Assembly: GCA_963422375.2 (NCBI GenBank)
Contig: OY729427.2
Location: forward strand, 1,780,794 to 1,844,793
Reading direction: 5' to 3'
Length of the DNA: 64,000 nucleotides
Source of the DNA: Bryobacterales bacterium
GTDB lineage: Bacteria > Acidobacteriota > Terriglobia > Bryobacterales > UBA6623
Below the pieces are notes generated by a model that saw only the letters and a program-made list of their open reading frames with translations, had not been told where the DNA came from and did no database searches. The position numbers and the translations under genes were made by a program. Shown here one piece after another: positions 32,777-43,413 of this stretch (positions within the stretch are counted from its first letter, which is position 1; every line of letters begins with the position of its first letter).

Positions 32777-33670
32777 ATGCAACGTCGCGAGTTCATACGT
32801 CACGCTCTCGGTGCCGGGGCGTCCGTGGCAGCGGTCCAGGACCGTCTCTTCGGCGCGGCCGCGGGCTATTCCTCGAATCCCGCCCGTCGCTTCGCCCAAG
32901 ACACTGTCCCGCTCGGTCCCGACAGGCTCGCGCCCTCGCGCCTCGCCATGGGCACGGGCACCAGCGGCTTCCGGGGCGCCTCGAACCAGACGCGCAAGCT
33001 CGGCGTCGGCGGTCTCACTGACATGTACCGCTTCGGTTTCGACAGCGGCCTGACATTCTGGGACACGGCGGACGGGTACGGAAGCCACCCGCACCTCAGG
33101 AACGCCCTGGGGCATATCCCTCGCGAGAAGGTCGTCATCATGACCAAGTCGCAGTCCAAGACTGCCAAGGGCATGCGTGACGACATCGACCGGTTCCGCA
33201 GGGAGCTCGGAACGGACTACATCGACTTGCTCCTGCTGCACGCTGTCCGCGAGGAGGACTGGCCCGTGCAGCGGGCCGGCGCGATGGAGGTAATCAACGA
33301 GTTCAAGCAGAAGGGAATCGTTCGCTCGAGAGGCATTTCCTGCCACTCCCTGCCGGCGCTGCGGCAGGTGCATCTGCAGGAGTTCATCGACGTCGACTTG
33401 GCGCGCGTCAACGCGATCGGCGCGCGCATGGACGCCGATCCGGCCACGGTGATCGAGGAGCTCTGCAAGATCAAAGGCGCGGGCAAGGGCGTCATCGGCA
33501 TGAAGATCCTCGGCGAGGGGCTGCTGCGGAACCGGGTCGGCGAGGCCCTGCAGCACGCCTTGGCGCTCGACTGCATCGACTGCTTCACCATCGGGGCGGA
33601 AAACCGCTACGAGCTGGCTGACCTCATCCGCCGGATTCCCGAGGCTTCGACCCTCGGCTGGAACGCCTAG
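32777..33670 (+). CDS. Aldo/keto reductase with Tat-like leader
   Basis: MQRREF leader; FWDTADGYGSH, ELGTDYIDLLLLH, GISCH, GMKILG. Confidence 0.9.
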   Translation: MQRREFIRHALGAGASVAAVQDRLFGAAAGYSSNPARRFAQDTVPLGPDRLAPSRLAMGTGTSGFRGASNQTRKLGVGGLTDMYRFGFDSGLTFWDTADGYGSHPHLRNALGHIPREKVVIMTKSQSKTAKGMRDDIDRFRRELGTDYIDLLLLHAVREEDWPVQRAGAMEVINEFKQKGIVRSRGISCHSLPALRQVHLQEFIDVDLARVNAIGARMDADPATVIEELCKIKGAGKGVIGMKILGEGLLRNRVGEALQHALALDCIDCFTIGAENRYELADLIRRIPEASTLGWNA

Positions 33671-33685
33671 AGAAAGGATCGATTC

Positions 33686-34129
33686 GTGAAGGTCTCAGTA
33701 TGGAGCGGACTCCTGTCCGTGCTGATTGGAGGGGCCGCGGCCTGCGGCGGGGCCCCCGAAGGAGAGTCGGGTGCCGCCCCCGAGCCCGTTGCGAGCGCGC
33801 CGGCGGAACCGGCGGAACTCGACGTGGAAGGGGTGTCTGCCCGGCTAGCGGCAGGCGAGGACATCGTCCTGCTCGACGTGCGCACCCCGGAGGAGCTGTC
33901 GACGGACGGCGCGATCGAAGGCTATCTGCACATCCCGATTGACCAGCTGGAGGCGCGATTGGCGGATGTCCCCAGGGACAAGCCGATCGTGGCCTATTGA
34001 CGGCGCGGCGGTCGGGCCTCCCGTGCGGCGGCCCTCTTACGCGAGAACGGCTACGAAGGCGAGATTCAGGTGGGCGGCATCGAGGCTTGGAAGGCCGCCG
34101 GCAAGGAAGTTGTCCATCCCGAGCAGTGA
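33686..34129 (+). CDS. Rhodanese-domain lipoprotein with in-frame TGA at the catalytic Cys position (probable selenoprotein, 147 aa)
   Basis: LLDVRTPEE..IEGYLHIP..PIVAY-TGA-RRGGRASRAAALLRENGY..GGIEAWKAAG; the domain continues in frame after TGA 33998-34000. Confidence 0.85.
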
Positions 34130-34506
34130 CCGGGACCTGCCTCGCAAGGCATTCGCTTGGCCGATTTGGGATTCGTCTAGCTGAGCCGGGGCCTGCAGGG
34201 CCCGTTCGCGCCCCTCCCGGCGGCTGTCGACGCATTCGGCCGTCGCCGAAGGCACGAATCGCGCGTCCAGCCCATCGTCGAGACCGAGCTAGATCGGATC
34301 AACAGTCCGACGGTCGTGCTCCCGTCGCCGGTCCGGCTCGACTGGAACGGACGGTCGAATTACCCCGGCGTGCCGTCGTCGGATCGTGCCCGAAGCGCGG
34401 CTTCGTCCGATTCTCGATGGTCGCCCGCTCGCGCCCGCTACGGAATGCGTCGAGGGTCATCGCAGAGAACGCAGCTCTTGGCTTGTCCTGGCGCACTTGA
34501 CGCTGC

Positions 34507-35519
34507 ATGGTGAATCCAGTACCGGCAACCGTCACATATCAAGAGCGCGGCTATTGCCGCAAGTCCGTGTACGCTCGCATCGACTCCGTGCTGGGCTGGC
34601 TCCGCCCGCAGTACAACAAGGTGCCAGCCGAAAGGAAGCAGGCTTGGGAAGACCGCAAGGAGGCGCCGAGCTTCTTCGACCAGCTGGCGCAGGTGGCCGA
34701 GCTGCGCCAGTCGGAGCCGACGAGGCTCGGCGCGGCTTGCTCGCGGCGGCGCCAGGGCGTGGTGTCCCGCGTGGACAAGGTGGCCAAGGCGTTCCTCCTG
34801 CGCTGCAAGTCAGGCGAGCGTCCGGCGTATCCTCGCTTCGGGCCTGCGTCGCCGTTTCGCGAGCTGGATTGCTTCACTCCGGCGAAGCTCTGGCCGCGCC
34901 GTAACGGTCGCTTCGTCCTGCGTCAAGGGGCTGCCCCATATCGTCATCCGCCCGAGCCGCGAGCTGCCGTCGTTGAAGTCGAAGTTCGCGCGCATCACGC
35001 GCACGGACGCCGGCGTCAACGTGGACTTGGTGTTCGCCGGCGTCGACAAGCAGCCGCTGCCTCCTAGCGAGTCCGCCATCGGACGACGACGCGCTGGGTC
35101 CAGCAGCAAGGCACGCTGGCTGCGGAGGATTTGGGGATTCGGACCATGACTCGTTCGGCCCGGGCACGGTCCACGCTCCGGGAACGAACGTCCGGCGGAA
35201 GTCGGGGTTGGACGGGTCCGTCCTGTCACGGTCAGGGGAAGTGCTTCTGGACCAGGTGGTGTACAAGGCCGAATGGGCCGGTCGCAGCTTCGAGAAGGAC
35301 CGACCCGCCGATATGTCGCAGCGCTGCCATCGGGGAGCGCTCGTCGCAGCGTCCCAGGGCCGGGGGAAGCGGTAGGCGTGCAAGCGCTGCGGCTACGCAT
35401 ACGATGCCGACCTCAACGCTGCGATCAACGTCTTGCAGGCGCTGAAGTTTCCCGCGACAGCTTCCAACTCTGGCAGGGGCCGGAGCGCTGTCTGGAATCG
35501 TCAAGGTCAGCAATTACTC
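34507..35519 (+). pseudogene. tnpB: Frameshifted TnpB remnant, copy 2
   Basis: KAFLLRCKSGERPAYPRF, RITRTDAGVNVDLV, MTRS..GTNV, ADLNAAINV spread over several frames; similar to copy 1. Confidence 0.8.
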
Positions 35520-35784
35520 TTCGCACGTGCGGTAGGATCCGACCCGGGCGATTCGTCGGACGCGGTATTCCACCCCGAGCGCCGTAGGCGCGATCGGGAC
35601 CGCTTCGTCAGCCGAGGCCGCCTTCGGCACGGCTTGGCGAGGGAACGGCGGCCTCGGTCGGCGCGATCGCTTCCGCGGGTCGCGTTCGGGCCGAGGCGCT
35701 GACAGCGGGACTCATCCTCCGAAGGCCGACCGGCCCTGCATGGCCGGACCTGGGAGCCTCGTCCCCTGCTGGTATAGTCTCGCC

Positions 35785-36951
35785 ATGCGTCGCAGGCACT
35801 TCCTAGCCGCCTCCGCAGCGGCCGCCGTTCGGCTGGACGCCAAGCCGTCATACCGCGTGGGCGTGATCGGCCACACCGGCCGCGGAGACTACGGTCATGG
35901 CATCGGCGACGTATGGCGTGCCTTCCCCCAGGCGGCGGTGGTGACCGTCGCCGACCCCGACGCGGATGGCCGAGCCAAGGCCAAGGAGCGGACGGGAGCC
36001 GCGACGGCCTACGCCGACTACCGCGAGATGCTCGCCAGGGAGCGTCCCGACATCGTGAGCATCTGCCCGCGCCACACCGACCAGCGGCTCGAGATGGTGA
36101 GCGCCGTCGCCAAGGCCGGCTGCCACACATACATGGAGAAACCCTTCGCCGGGACGCTCGAGGAGGCCGACCGGATGGTGGCTGCCATTCGCGGGGCCGG
36201 TGTCAAGGTGCAGGTCGCGCACCAGATGCGTCGGTCGCCCTTCACTCTCAAGGCGCTCGAGATAATCGAGGCCGGCGAGATCGGCGAGATTCACGAGGTG
36301 CGCGGGCGGGGCAAGGAGGACTTCCGAGCAGGAGGGGAGGACCTGGTCGTGCTCGGGTCGCACATCTTCGACATGATGCGCGGGATCCTGGGCGACCCGG
36401 AATGGGTCTTCGCCCACGTCACCTCCGGCGGCGAGGAGCTGCGCTTCGATCACATGACCAAGCCTAGGGAGCCGATCGGTCCCGTCGCCGGTCGCCAGAT
36501 GGCGGCGATGTTCTCCTTCGGCGGCGGACGGCACGGCTTCTTCGGCAGCAAGCGCTCGAGCGCCACCCACGCGTGGCGCTTCGGCACGCACGTCTACGGG
36601 GCCGAGGGCCGGATTTTTCTCCCGAACGAGATCTACGGCGCCAAGTCGGAGGGATTCGTCCTGCGGTCGCCCGCCTGGCTTGCCGGCAGGGGCCGGCAGT
36701 GGGAGCCGCTGGAGCCGGACCACCGCAGCTTCGGGGACGAGCGCTACCTGACGGCGAACGCGCTGATGGTGGAAGACCTGCTCGAGGCCATCGAGAATGA
36801 CCGGGAGCCGGCCTGCAGCGAGAGAGCCGGCCGCTGGACGGTCGAGATGACGCAGGGAGTGTACGCGTCGCAGCTGGACCGGGCCGTCAAGAACTTCCCG
36901 CTCGAGAGCCGAGCCCACCCGCTGGAGGCGCTGCGGGCCGCAGGCGCTTGA
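35785..36951 (+). CDS. Gfo/Idh/MocA family oxidoreductase with Tat-like leader
   Basis: MRRRHF; VIGHTGRGDYGHG; YMEKP; GSHIFD. Confidence 0.9.
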   Translation: MRRRHFLAASAAAAVRLDAKPSYRVGVIGHTGRGDYGHGIGDVWRAFPQAAVVTVADPDADGRAKAKERTGAATAYADYREMLARERPDIVSICPRHTDQRLEMVSAVAKAGCHTYMEKPFAGTLEEADRMVAAIRGAGVKVQVAHQMRRSPFTLKALEIIEAGEIGEIHEVRGRGKEDFRAGGEDLVVLGSHIFDMMRGILGDPEWVFAHVTSGGEELRFDHMTKPREPIGPVAGRQMAAMFSFGGGRHGFFGSKRSSATHAWRFGTHVYGAEGRIFLPNEIYGAKSEGFVLRSPAWLAGRGRQWEPLEPDHRSFGDERYLTANALMVEDLLEAIENDREPACSERAGRWTVEMTQGVYASQLDRAVKNFPLESRAHPLEALRAAGA

Positions 36952-36954
36952 CTG

Positions 36955-37695
36955 CTAGATCACGCCTCGGCGCCCGCCGCTTCCGGCGAAGCGGGGATCG
37001 GCCGGCGTCCGGCGGTCCTTGTGGAACATGCGCCAGTTGTCGTAGACGACCTCGCCCACGTAGTAGGCGTCCCGGTAGAGGCTGTGCATCTGCGGGAGCT
37101 CCGCGGCGTCGGCGGGATGCTTCAGTTTCGGGCTCAGGATGAAGTCCATGTACGTGAACGCCTTGAAGTTGGCCCCGAAGAACGCGATCCCGGACACTTC
37201 GTCCGGGCACTCGCGACGCATGATCGCGGCCGCTTCCTCGGCATCCGGATCCTCCGGCAGGTCCGCCATGATCCGGTTGATCGCATCGAGTTCGTCGGCG
37301 ACGGCTTGCTTGCAGCCGCCGCGCCAGATGCCCAGCCGTTCGCGGAACGCCCTCAGCCGCGAAATGCCGATCAGCCCCAGGACGAGCGCGGCCGCGGGAG
37401 GCGCCCAGCGCAGGAAGGCCCCGGTTTCGCTCCAGTCGGGCACGGCAGCGGCCCCCCAGTAGGCAAGGAGCGCTATAGCGGCCAGCAGGGCCGCGGCACC
37501 GGGCCAGACCTTCGAGGTCACGACGAAGCGCGGAAAGAAGGATTGCAAGTTGTCGCGCGCGACTGCCAGGGCTTCGCGAGCCCGCGCCGCGGCGTAGAAC
37601 GACTTGTCCCACGCCTCGTGAGCCGCCGCGGGAGGGTAGTACAGGACGAACAGCTTGTCCGTCGGCACCGGGAGGCCGCTGAAACTGCAACGCAT
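36955..37695 (-). CDS. Hypothetical membrane protein
   Basis: Two hydrophobic segments and normal residue composition; start uncertain. Confidence 0.65.
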   Translation of the reverse strand: MRCSFSGLPVPTDKLFVLYYPPAAAHEAWDKSFYAAARAREALAVARDNLQSFFPRFVVTSKVWPGAAALLAAIALLAYWGAAAVPDWSETGAFLRWAPPAAALVLGLIGISRLRAFRERLGIWRGGCKQAVADELDAINRIMADLPEDPDAEEAAAIMRRECPDEVSGIAFFGANFKAFTYMDFILSPKLKHPADAAELPQMHSLYRDAYYVGEVVYDNWRMFHKDRRTPADPRFAGSGGRRGVI

Positions 37696-37843
37696 CGAAG
37701 ACACCGAACAGGACGGCCTCGCCCTCCGGCCCTCGCCGCCAGCGTGGCGACCCCGCAGTTCCGAGAATATCACAAGTCCGGCTCGAAGCCGCGACGGACC
37801 CCGACGGCCCGGCGGCTCCGGGCTGCGACTACAATGCGTGGCC

Positions 37844-38635
37844 ATGCGGGAGCTCTTGCGCCAGATCGAGGAGTGCCGGTCGATCGACCTCGCCCAGCCG
37901 TACTACGTCGGCATGCCGCATCACCCCAGCCACCCGCCGTTTCTGTACGGCCTGAGCAAGGCGCACGGCGACGCTACCTGCGAGGGCGTCAGCGCGGCGG
38001 CGGAGTCGATCGCGCTCGGAGGGCACGTCGGGACCCACATCGACGCCCTGTGCCACTTCTCCCTGCGCGGCCGGCTGTTCGGCGGAGGCGACGCCGCGGC
38101 CTCCCAGTCCCATGCCGCGGGGCTCGCCGAGTTCCACGCCGACACTATCGGGCCGATGTTCCGGAGACGGATGCTACTCGACGTCGCCCGGGGTGAGGGG
38201 CGGGACGTCCTGCCGGAGGACTTCGTGGTGGATGCGGACTGCATGGAGCGGACCGCGGCCCGAGCCGGCGTGGCCGCCGAGCCCGGGGATGTCGTCCTAG
38301 TCCGGACGGGATGGGCGGCCTACTGGGGCGACGCGGCACGATTCGTCAACGGCATGCGCTGTCCCGGCGTCAATCGCGAGGCCGCGGAGTGGCTCAGCGC
38401 GCGGGAGGTCTTCGCGGGCGGGTCCGACACCCTCGCCTTCGAGGTGCTGCCGGCACCCGCTATGCCCGTGCAAGTCCACCTGCTCGTGGAAAGCGGCAGA
38501 CACATCATCGAGGCGTTGGATCTCGACCGGCTCGCGGCGGAAGGGATTCACGAGTTCGCCTTCGTGGCGGCTCCGCTGCGTCTCGCGGGCGGCACCGGCT
38601 CTCCGATTCGCCCCGTGGCGCTCGCTCCGCGGTGA
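37844..38635 (+). CDS. Cyclase family (kynurenine formamidase-like) metal hydrolase
   Basis: HVGTHIDALCH, GDVVLVRTGW, HIIE, GGTGSPIRP. Confidence 0.9.
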   Translation: MRELLRQIEECRSIDLAQPYYVGMPHHPSHPPFLYGLSKAHGDATCEGVSAAAESIALGGHVGTHIDALCHFSLRGRLFGGGDAAASQSHAAGLAEFHADTIGPMFRRRMLLDVARGEGRDVLPEDFVVDADCMERTAARAGVAAEPGDVVLVRTGWAAYWGDAARFVNGMRCPGVNREAAEWLSAREVFAGGSDTLAFEVLPAPAMPVQVHLLVESGRHIIEALDLDRLAAEGIHEFAFVAAPLRLAGGTGSPIRPVALAPR

Positions 38636-38717
38636 TTGTCGGCGGGGGAGCGCTTGCCGGTCCGGCCGTCGCGCTCGGGGGGCTGCGGGATCGGCTGGGG
38701 GGTCCGTCGATCCGGTC

Positions 38718-38782
38718 AAGAAAAAAAAATTCTACAAAATTTGGAATTTCCCCTTGCCATCGGCTATGAGATTCGGTAGAGT
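38718..38782 (+). promoter_or_regulatory. Sigma70-like promoter with A/T-rich UP region
   Basis: TTGCCA (38754-59), 17 bp, TAGAGT (38777-82), preceded by an A/T tract in a GC-rich context. Confidence 0.6.
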
Positions 38783-38788
38783 AATAAC

Positions 38789-38906
38789 TGCCGGGGGGGC
38801 AACCCCACCAACGCATACTAATCCTCAACCAAAGACCCCTGAAATAAACCCCTCCGGCACCTATTTCGCAACGCCGGGCCCCTGCGGGGCCCGGCGTTTT
38901 TCTTTT
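38789..38906 (+). ncRNA. Candidate small RNA or attenuated leader (~118 nt)
   Basis: Lies between a promoter-like element and an intrinsic terminator; no start codon; 38789-99 can pair with 38849-59. Confidence 0.5.
38870..38906 (+). terminator. Intrinsic terminator
   Basis: AACGCCGGGCCCC-TGC-GGGGCCCGGCGTT stem followed by TTTCTTTT. Confidence 0.85.
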
Positions 38907-38986
38907 CCGCCTTGTCGGGTGCCTCCGCTGCCGCTCGGTTATGCTGATTGGGCTGGGAGCTGATTGGCGTCCCGGCGGTTCATAGG

Positions 38987-39430
38987 ATGAATCCCGCCAT
39001 GCTTGCAAGACCGTTTGTCGGCTGGCGCTGCATCGGGGCGCTGGCGGTGTCCGCCGGACTGGCGGGGGCGGCCGGGCGTCCTTCCCCTGAGGAGGCCCGG
39101 GCGCTGCGGAATCCCCTGCCGTACGCGTCCGACGTCGTCCGCGAGGGCCGCAAGACCTACCTGCGCCTCTGCCAGTACTGCCACGGAGCGGACGGCCGCG
39201 CCCAGGCGAACCCGGACTTCGAGGCGCCCAGCCTGCGCGCGCCGGGCGAGTGGCGCTACGGCTCCTCGGACGGCGAGTTGTTCGTGTCGGTGCGGGACGG
39301 GGCCGGCCACGACATGCCCCCGTTCGGCAAGCAGCTGGACGACGAGCAGGTCTGGCAGCTTGTTCAATTCATTCGCAGCATCGGGCCGGAGGAGAGCCGC
39401 CCCGCCCCGCCGGGGCGCGACGAGCGATAG
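38987..39430 (+). CDS. Mono-haem c-type cytochrome
   Basis: Signal peptide, CQYCH, distal MPPF. Confidence 0.9.
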   Translation: MNPAMLARPFVGWRCIGALAVSAGLAGAAGRPSPEEARALRNPLPYASDVVREGRKTYLRLCQYCHGADGRAQANPDFEAPSLRAPGEWRYGSSDGELFVSVRDGAGHDMPPFGKQLDDEQVWQLVQFIRSIGPEESRPAPPGRDER

Positions 39431-39447
39431 CACGAGGGAGGCAACCC

Positions 39448-41400
39448 ATGTCGAAGCGCACAGCCGAAGGGGCCGCGCCCGTGTCACGGCGCAATTTCGT
39501 AGCCCGAGGCGCCGTCGCGGCTGCGGTAGCGGCGGGCGGCACCGCTAGGGCTTCGGTGACGGAGCGTCGCGACGCCAACATCACGATTCCCGGAGAGGTG
39601 CCGGCGAGCTTGACGGAGGATGCCGCCTCGGCCGAGTTCCCGATGACCGGGGCCCAGGTCTTCGCCAAGGCCTGCAAGCGGGAGGGCCTTGCGGCCCTCT
39701 TCTGCGCGCCGGGCAACTACGTGGTCATCAACGCCATCGCATCGGAGGGAATCCCCTGCTACGGGGGGCGGACCGAAGGCATGATGTGCGCCGCCGCGGA
39801 CGGATTCGCGCGCGTAACGGGGGACGTGGTCGCCGCCTCGGGCACAGAGGGTCCCGGCTTCACCAACATGATCATGAACATCGCCTGCGCCAACGCGGCG
39901 CGGACGCCCCTGCTCGTGCTGGCGAGCAACATGACACTGGGTCTCGAGGACACCGAGCAGGGCATCCAGCGGGTGTACCAGCAGCCCACCACCGCGGGCA
40001 TGAAGAAATACGGCAAGCGGCTGATCAACCCGGAGCGCGTCCACGAATACGCCGGCTACGCGTTCCGCCAGCTCAAGAGCGGCGTCCCTAGGCCCGTCCA
40101 CCTGGACTTTCCGGGCGAGGTGGCGCGCCAACGCTTCGAGAGCGCCGAGGATCTGCGCTACTTCCACGACAAGTTCAAATACCGCACCGAGGCGAAGCCG
40201 CATCCGTCGCCCAAGGAGATTGCCAGGGCAGCCGGATTAGTCGACCGGGCCGAGCGTCCCATCATCGTCGCCAGCGCCGGCGTCTTCTACAGTAAGGCTT
40301 GGGACGCCCTCAAGGCCGTGGCCGAGAAGGGGGACGTCGCGGTTGTCGAATCGGGGCCCAGCCGCGGCCACTTCGCCGACGACCATCCCCTGTCCGCCAG
40401 TACCGCCCCGGACGCACTGCTCAGCGCCGACCTCGTTTTGCTCGTGGGCCAGTACTGCATGCCCGGCCTCGGCGAGTACTCCTTCGACCCCGACGCGACA
40501 CTGATCCGCATCGACCCGGACGCGGCCGACATCGGCCGCAACCTGCCGGTCGACCTCGGCATCGTCAGCTGCGAGAAGGCGGCGCTGGAAGCGCTGGCGG
40601 AGGATCTGCCGCCGAAGAAGCGCCCGGCTTGGCGGGACGAGCTGGCGGCGGCCCGAGCGGCCTTCGAGGCGGAGAATGACGAGCACCTCGCGCTGGGCCT
40701 TCGGCACAGCGAGCAGACCGGCTGCGTGCATCCGGCCGTGATCGCCAGGGGCATCCACGACCTGCTCTACGCCGGCGACATCCCGAAGGAACAGACCACT
40801 GTGGTGTCGGGTGGTTACGGGATCGCCCGGTACACCCGCCGCCGAATCCGGGCCTTCCGGCCGGGCCAGATCCTCAACGGCGCCTACCAGTACGGGGCGA
40901 TCGGCCCCGACGTCGGGTACACGGTCGGCGCCGGGGCGGCCGTGCAGCAGGGCACCGGCCCGCAGGCCCCGTATCAGGGGGCACCGGTCCTCGCGGTCAC
41001 CGGCGACGCCGGCTTCGCGTACTCCGGCATGGAGGTCGAGACCTTGAGCAAGTACCGCATTCCGGCCGTGGTGATCGTCTACAACAACAACGCCTGGGGC
41101 GTCTGGCGCAGCGGCGAGAGCGGCGGCCGCAGCGGCACCGCGCGGGCGCAGCACATGTACCTGTTCCAGGAGAACCTGCGCTACGAGAAGATCGGCGAGG
41201 CTCTCGGCGCGCGCGGCGAATACGTCACCAAGGCCTCCGACTTCCTGCCGGCGCTCCGGCGGAGCTACGAGATTGCGGCCGCGGAACGTATCTCGACAGT
41301 GATCAACTGCCAGGCGATCAAGGAGTTCTCGAGCGCCCGGGACTACCCGCCCGGCCACCTGCAGAAGGTCGAGCCCGGATGCATGGCGTACTACCACTGA
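39448..41400 (+). CDS. Thiamine pyrophosphate-binding enzyme with Tat-like leader
   Basis: SRRNFV leader; [28 protein letters not shown] ThDP motif. Confidence 0.9.
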   Translation: MSKRTAEGAAPVSRRNFVARGAVAAAVAAGGTARASVTERRDANITIPGEVPASLTEDAASAEFPMTGAQVFAKACKREGLAALFCAPGNYVVINAIASEGIPCYGGRTEGMMCAAADGFARVTGDVVAASGTEGPGFTNMIMNIACANAARTPLLVLASNMTLGLEDTEQGIQRVYQQPTTAGMKKYGKRLINPERVHEYAGYAFRQLKSGVPRPVHLDFPGEVARQRFESAEDLRYFHDKFKYRTEAKPHPSPKEIARAAGLVDRAERPIIVASAGVFYSKAWDALKAVAEKGDVAVVESGPSRGHFADDHPLSASTAPDALLSADLVLLVGQYCMPGLGEYSFDPDATLIRIDPDAADIGRNLPVDLGIVSCEKAALEALAEDLPPKKRPAWRDELAAARAAFEAENDEHLALGLRHSEQTGCVHPAVIARGIHDLLYAGDIPKEQTTVVSGGYGIARYTRRRIRAFRPGQILNGAYQYGAIGPDVGYTVGAGAAVQQGTGPQAPYQGAPVLAVTGDAGFAYSGMEVETLSKYRIPAVVIVYNNNAWGVWRSGESGGRSGTARAQHMYLFQENLRYEKIGEALGARGEYVTKASDFLPALRRSYEIAAAERISTVINCQAIKEFSSARDYPPGHLQKVEPGCMAYYH

Positions 41401-41879
41401 GGGGCGGCAGCCGCGCCGCGACGGCGGCCGTCGAGGCCCTGCTTCGGGACCGCGCGGACCGCGGCGTCTTCCGGGCGTTCGCCTCGGCACGGCTCCGGGG
41501 CAAGCTGGACTGCTCCTTGGTGTGGCTGCAGGAGCAGCCCTTCCGCGTGGTATTCGACCCTCGACGCGGCATCTTGGTCTTCCGGGATCTGCTGCCGAAC
41601 ATGGATCGCTCCACGCAGATCTACGAGGACTTCAGGGATTTCCTGGCGGGCCGAGCGGACGAAGGGCTGCCGGCCCACCGTCGCATCGACCCGGAGCGGG
41701 TCAGGGTGCGCGCCTTGAATCGCAAGGCCACTGTTTCGCTGTCGCTGGAGAGTCTCGACGGAGACTGGGAGTATGCCGTCGCCAAGAGCCTGAAGCTTGT
41801 CAACGAAGTCTTCCTTGGGTTCCTTCGCGGGCCGTATTTCGAGTACATGGCCGAGAACTTCGGGGAGCCGGAAGACTGA
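41379..41879 (+). CDS. Hypothetical protein
   Basis: Protein-like composition (FRDLLP..HRRIDP..LVNEVFL); start uncertain. Confidence 0.65.
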   Translation: MHGVLPLRGGSRAATAAVEALLRDRADRGVFRAFASARLRGKLDCSLVWLQEQPFRVVFDPRRGILVFRDLLPNMDRSTQIYEDFRDFLAGRADEGLPAHRRIDPERVRVRALNRKATVSLSLESLDGDWEYAVAKSLKLVNEVFLGFLRGPYFEYMAENFGEPED

Positions 41880-42104
41880 ACCGCCTAGTCTCGCGCAATC
41901 CGGCAGAGCGTTTGAAGCGGCAAGTACCGCTGTCGCCATCAGTGAGACCTTGGAGTGGCGTAGTGGCTGAAAGTCTACGCAGGTGTTCATTGGTGACAGG
42001 ATACAAACGGACAGGCGCAATAGCATGACAAATACAAGAGATTGATCTCTCGCTAAATGCTGAAAACTTTCATTACTTCATCACCCAAGAGGTTGATGAA
42101 TTTC

Positions 42105-42288
42105 CAAACACAACATATAGGGTCCAAGGTCGGAAGTTGCTCAGCCGCCAATCGCGAAGATTTCCGCGCTCTACCCAGAATTGGCAGGATTTCGGACTAG
42201 TCGTAGCATTCCAGTGAAATCTTCGCCTTGAGAGATTGGACCTAACGCCTTTGTTGTCAATGGGATACGAGTTTTGTCACAGGCACTA
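42105..42288 (-). mobile_element. Second, partial copy of the MITE/IS end
   Basis: Reverse complement aligns without gaps to 7653-7836 (about 11 mismatches in 184 bp by manual count) and includes one TIR. Confidence 0.85.
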
Positions 42289-42551
42289 TATAATTCCCAA
42301 TCGTTAATCGTCGAGGTCAGGTCGTATTGCTGGTCGCCGCTCTCGATCGTGCTAGCGTCCTTGTCAAATACAAGGACCCGCTGTGCCCTCCTGCCCTGCC
42401 TTGACCTAGGGATGGGCGTGATGAACGAAACCTCCCGACGCTGCTCTAGTATCCGGTTGGTCGGCTGGCGCTGCCCGTCAAGCTCCCAATGGCGGCGCGG
42501 TTCCACATACGGGGAGTTCAGGATGGGGTTGCCGAAGAATCGATTGTCCAT
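42289..42551 (-). pseudogene. N-terminal remnant of a type III restriction (Res-like) protein
   Basis: MDNRFFGNPILNSPYVEPRRHWELD..PT..R..FITPIP; homology ends close to the MITE end. Confidence 0.7.
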
Positions 42552-42919
42552 GTCGCGGTCGACCTCGGGACACTGGGGCGGACCGATGGCACCGCCCGTC
42601 AGGCCATGCGGCGGACGGACAGGCTATCACAAGTCTGGGCACGAGGCTCAAGGACACGTGGGCGTTCGTCTCGGCTCGTCTTGAAGGGGCCGCTCGGCCC
42701 AACATCTCTGGGGCCCGTCCGAGGTGGGTGGCCAAGGCGCTTCCGTAGGGGCACAGCGCGTGTTGACGACGGCACGGCGAGATTCAGCCTTGTTGTCGCA
42801 CCATGAAGCCGCAAGCGCGGTGTCGGCAAAGAGATCGACTCGAAGCCCGACGTCAGCATCCCGCCATGGACCGAGGCTCCGCGACGCTACAATTTCGGTG
42901 TCGTCAGTCCGGAGGGCCA

Positions 42920-43250
42920 ATGAAACTCAGATTCGCAATCGTTATCGGCGTGCTCAGTGCCGTCGGTTGCCAGACTGCACCCGAGGGCACGGTGGCCTTC
43001 GAGAACGTCAGCGTTGTCCCGATGGATGCCGAGGGCGTCCTGGAATCGCAAACCGTCCTGGTGTACGCCGGCCGCATCACCGAGATGGGGCCGGCGGACG
43101 AGACATCGGTCCCGAGAGGGGCGCAAGTCGTTGACGGCCGTGGCCGGTACCTGCTGCCCGGATTGACCGAGATGCACGCCCACCTGCCGGGACCGGACGC
43201 CCCGGCCGCAGAAGTCGACCGCATCCTGTTCCTGTTCCTCTCCAACGGCA
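42920..43250 (+). pseudogene. Amidohydrolase 5' half, interrupted by prophage
   Basis: Lipobox AVGC, VDGRGRYLLPGLTEMHAH..LFLSNG, then abrupt loss of homology where G(V/I)TTVR is expected. Confidence 0.8.
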
Positions 43251-43413
43251 TGCCGCGTCCGGCGGGTCCCGGCCCGCGCAGGCTGGCAGGGACAATCGAA
43301 ACAAGCGCAACTACCCTTTACACAACGGATTACGGCCAGCAACCCGAGGCGGTATCGAGCCCACTCCGCGCCGGCCTCGCCGCCCCTCCGTGGACCGAAC
43401 GTGGACAGAATCG

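Noticed and set aside
38789..38906. TPP riboswitch upstream of a ThDP enzyme (ACCCCTGAA resembles part of the motif)
   Set aside because: The conserved CUGAGA and CCUGAU..AGG elements are absent
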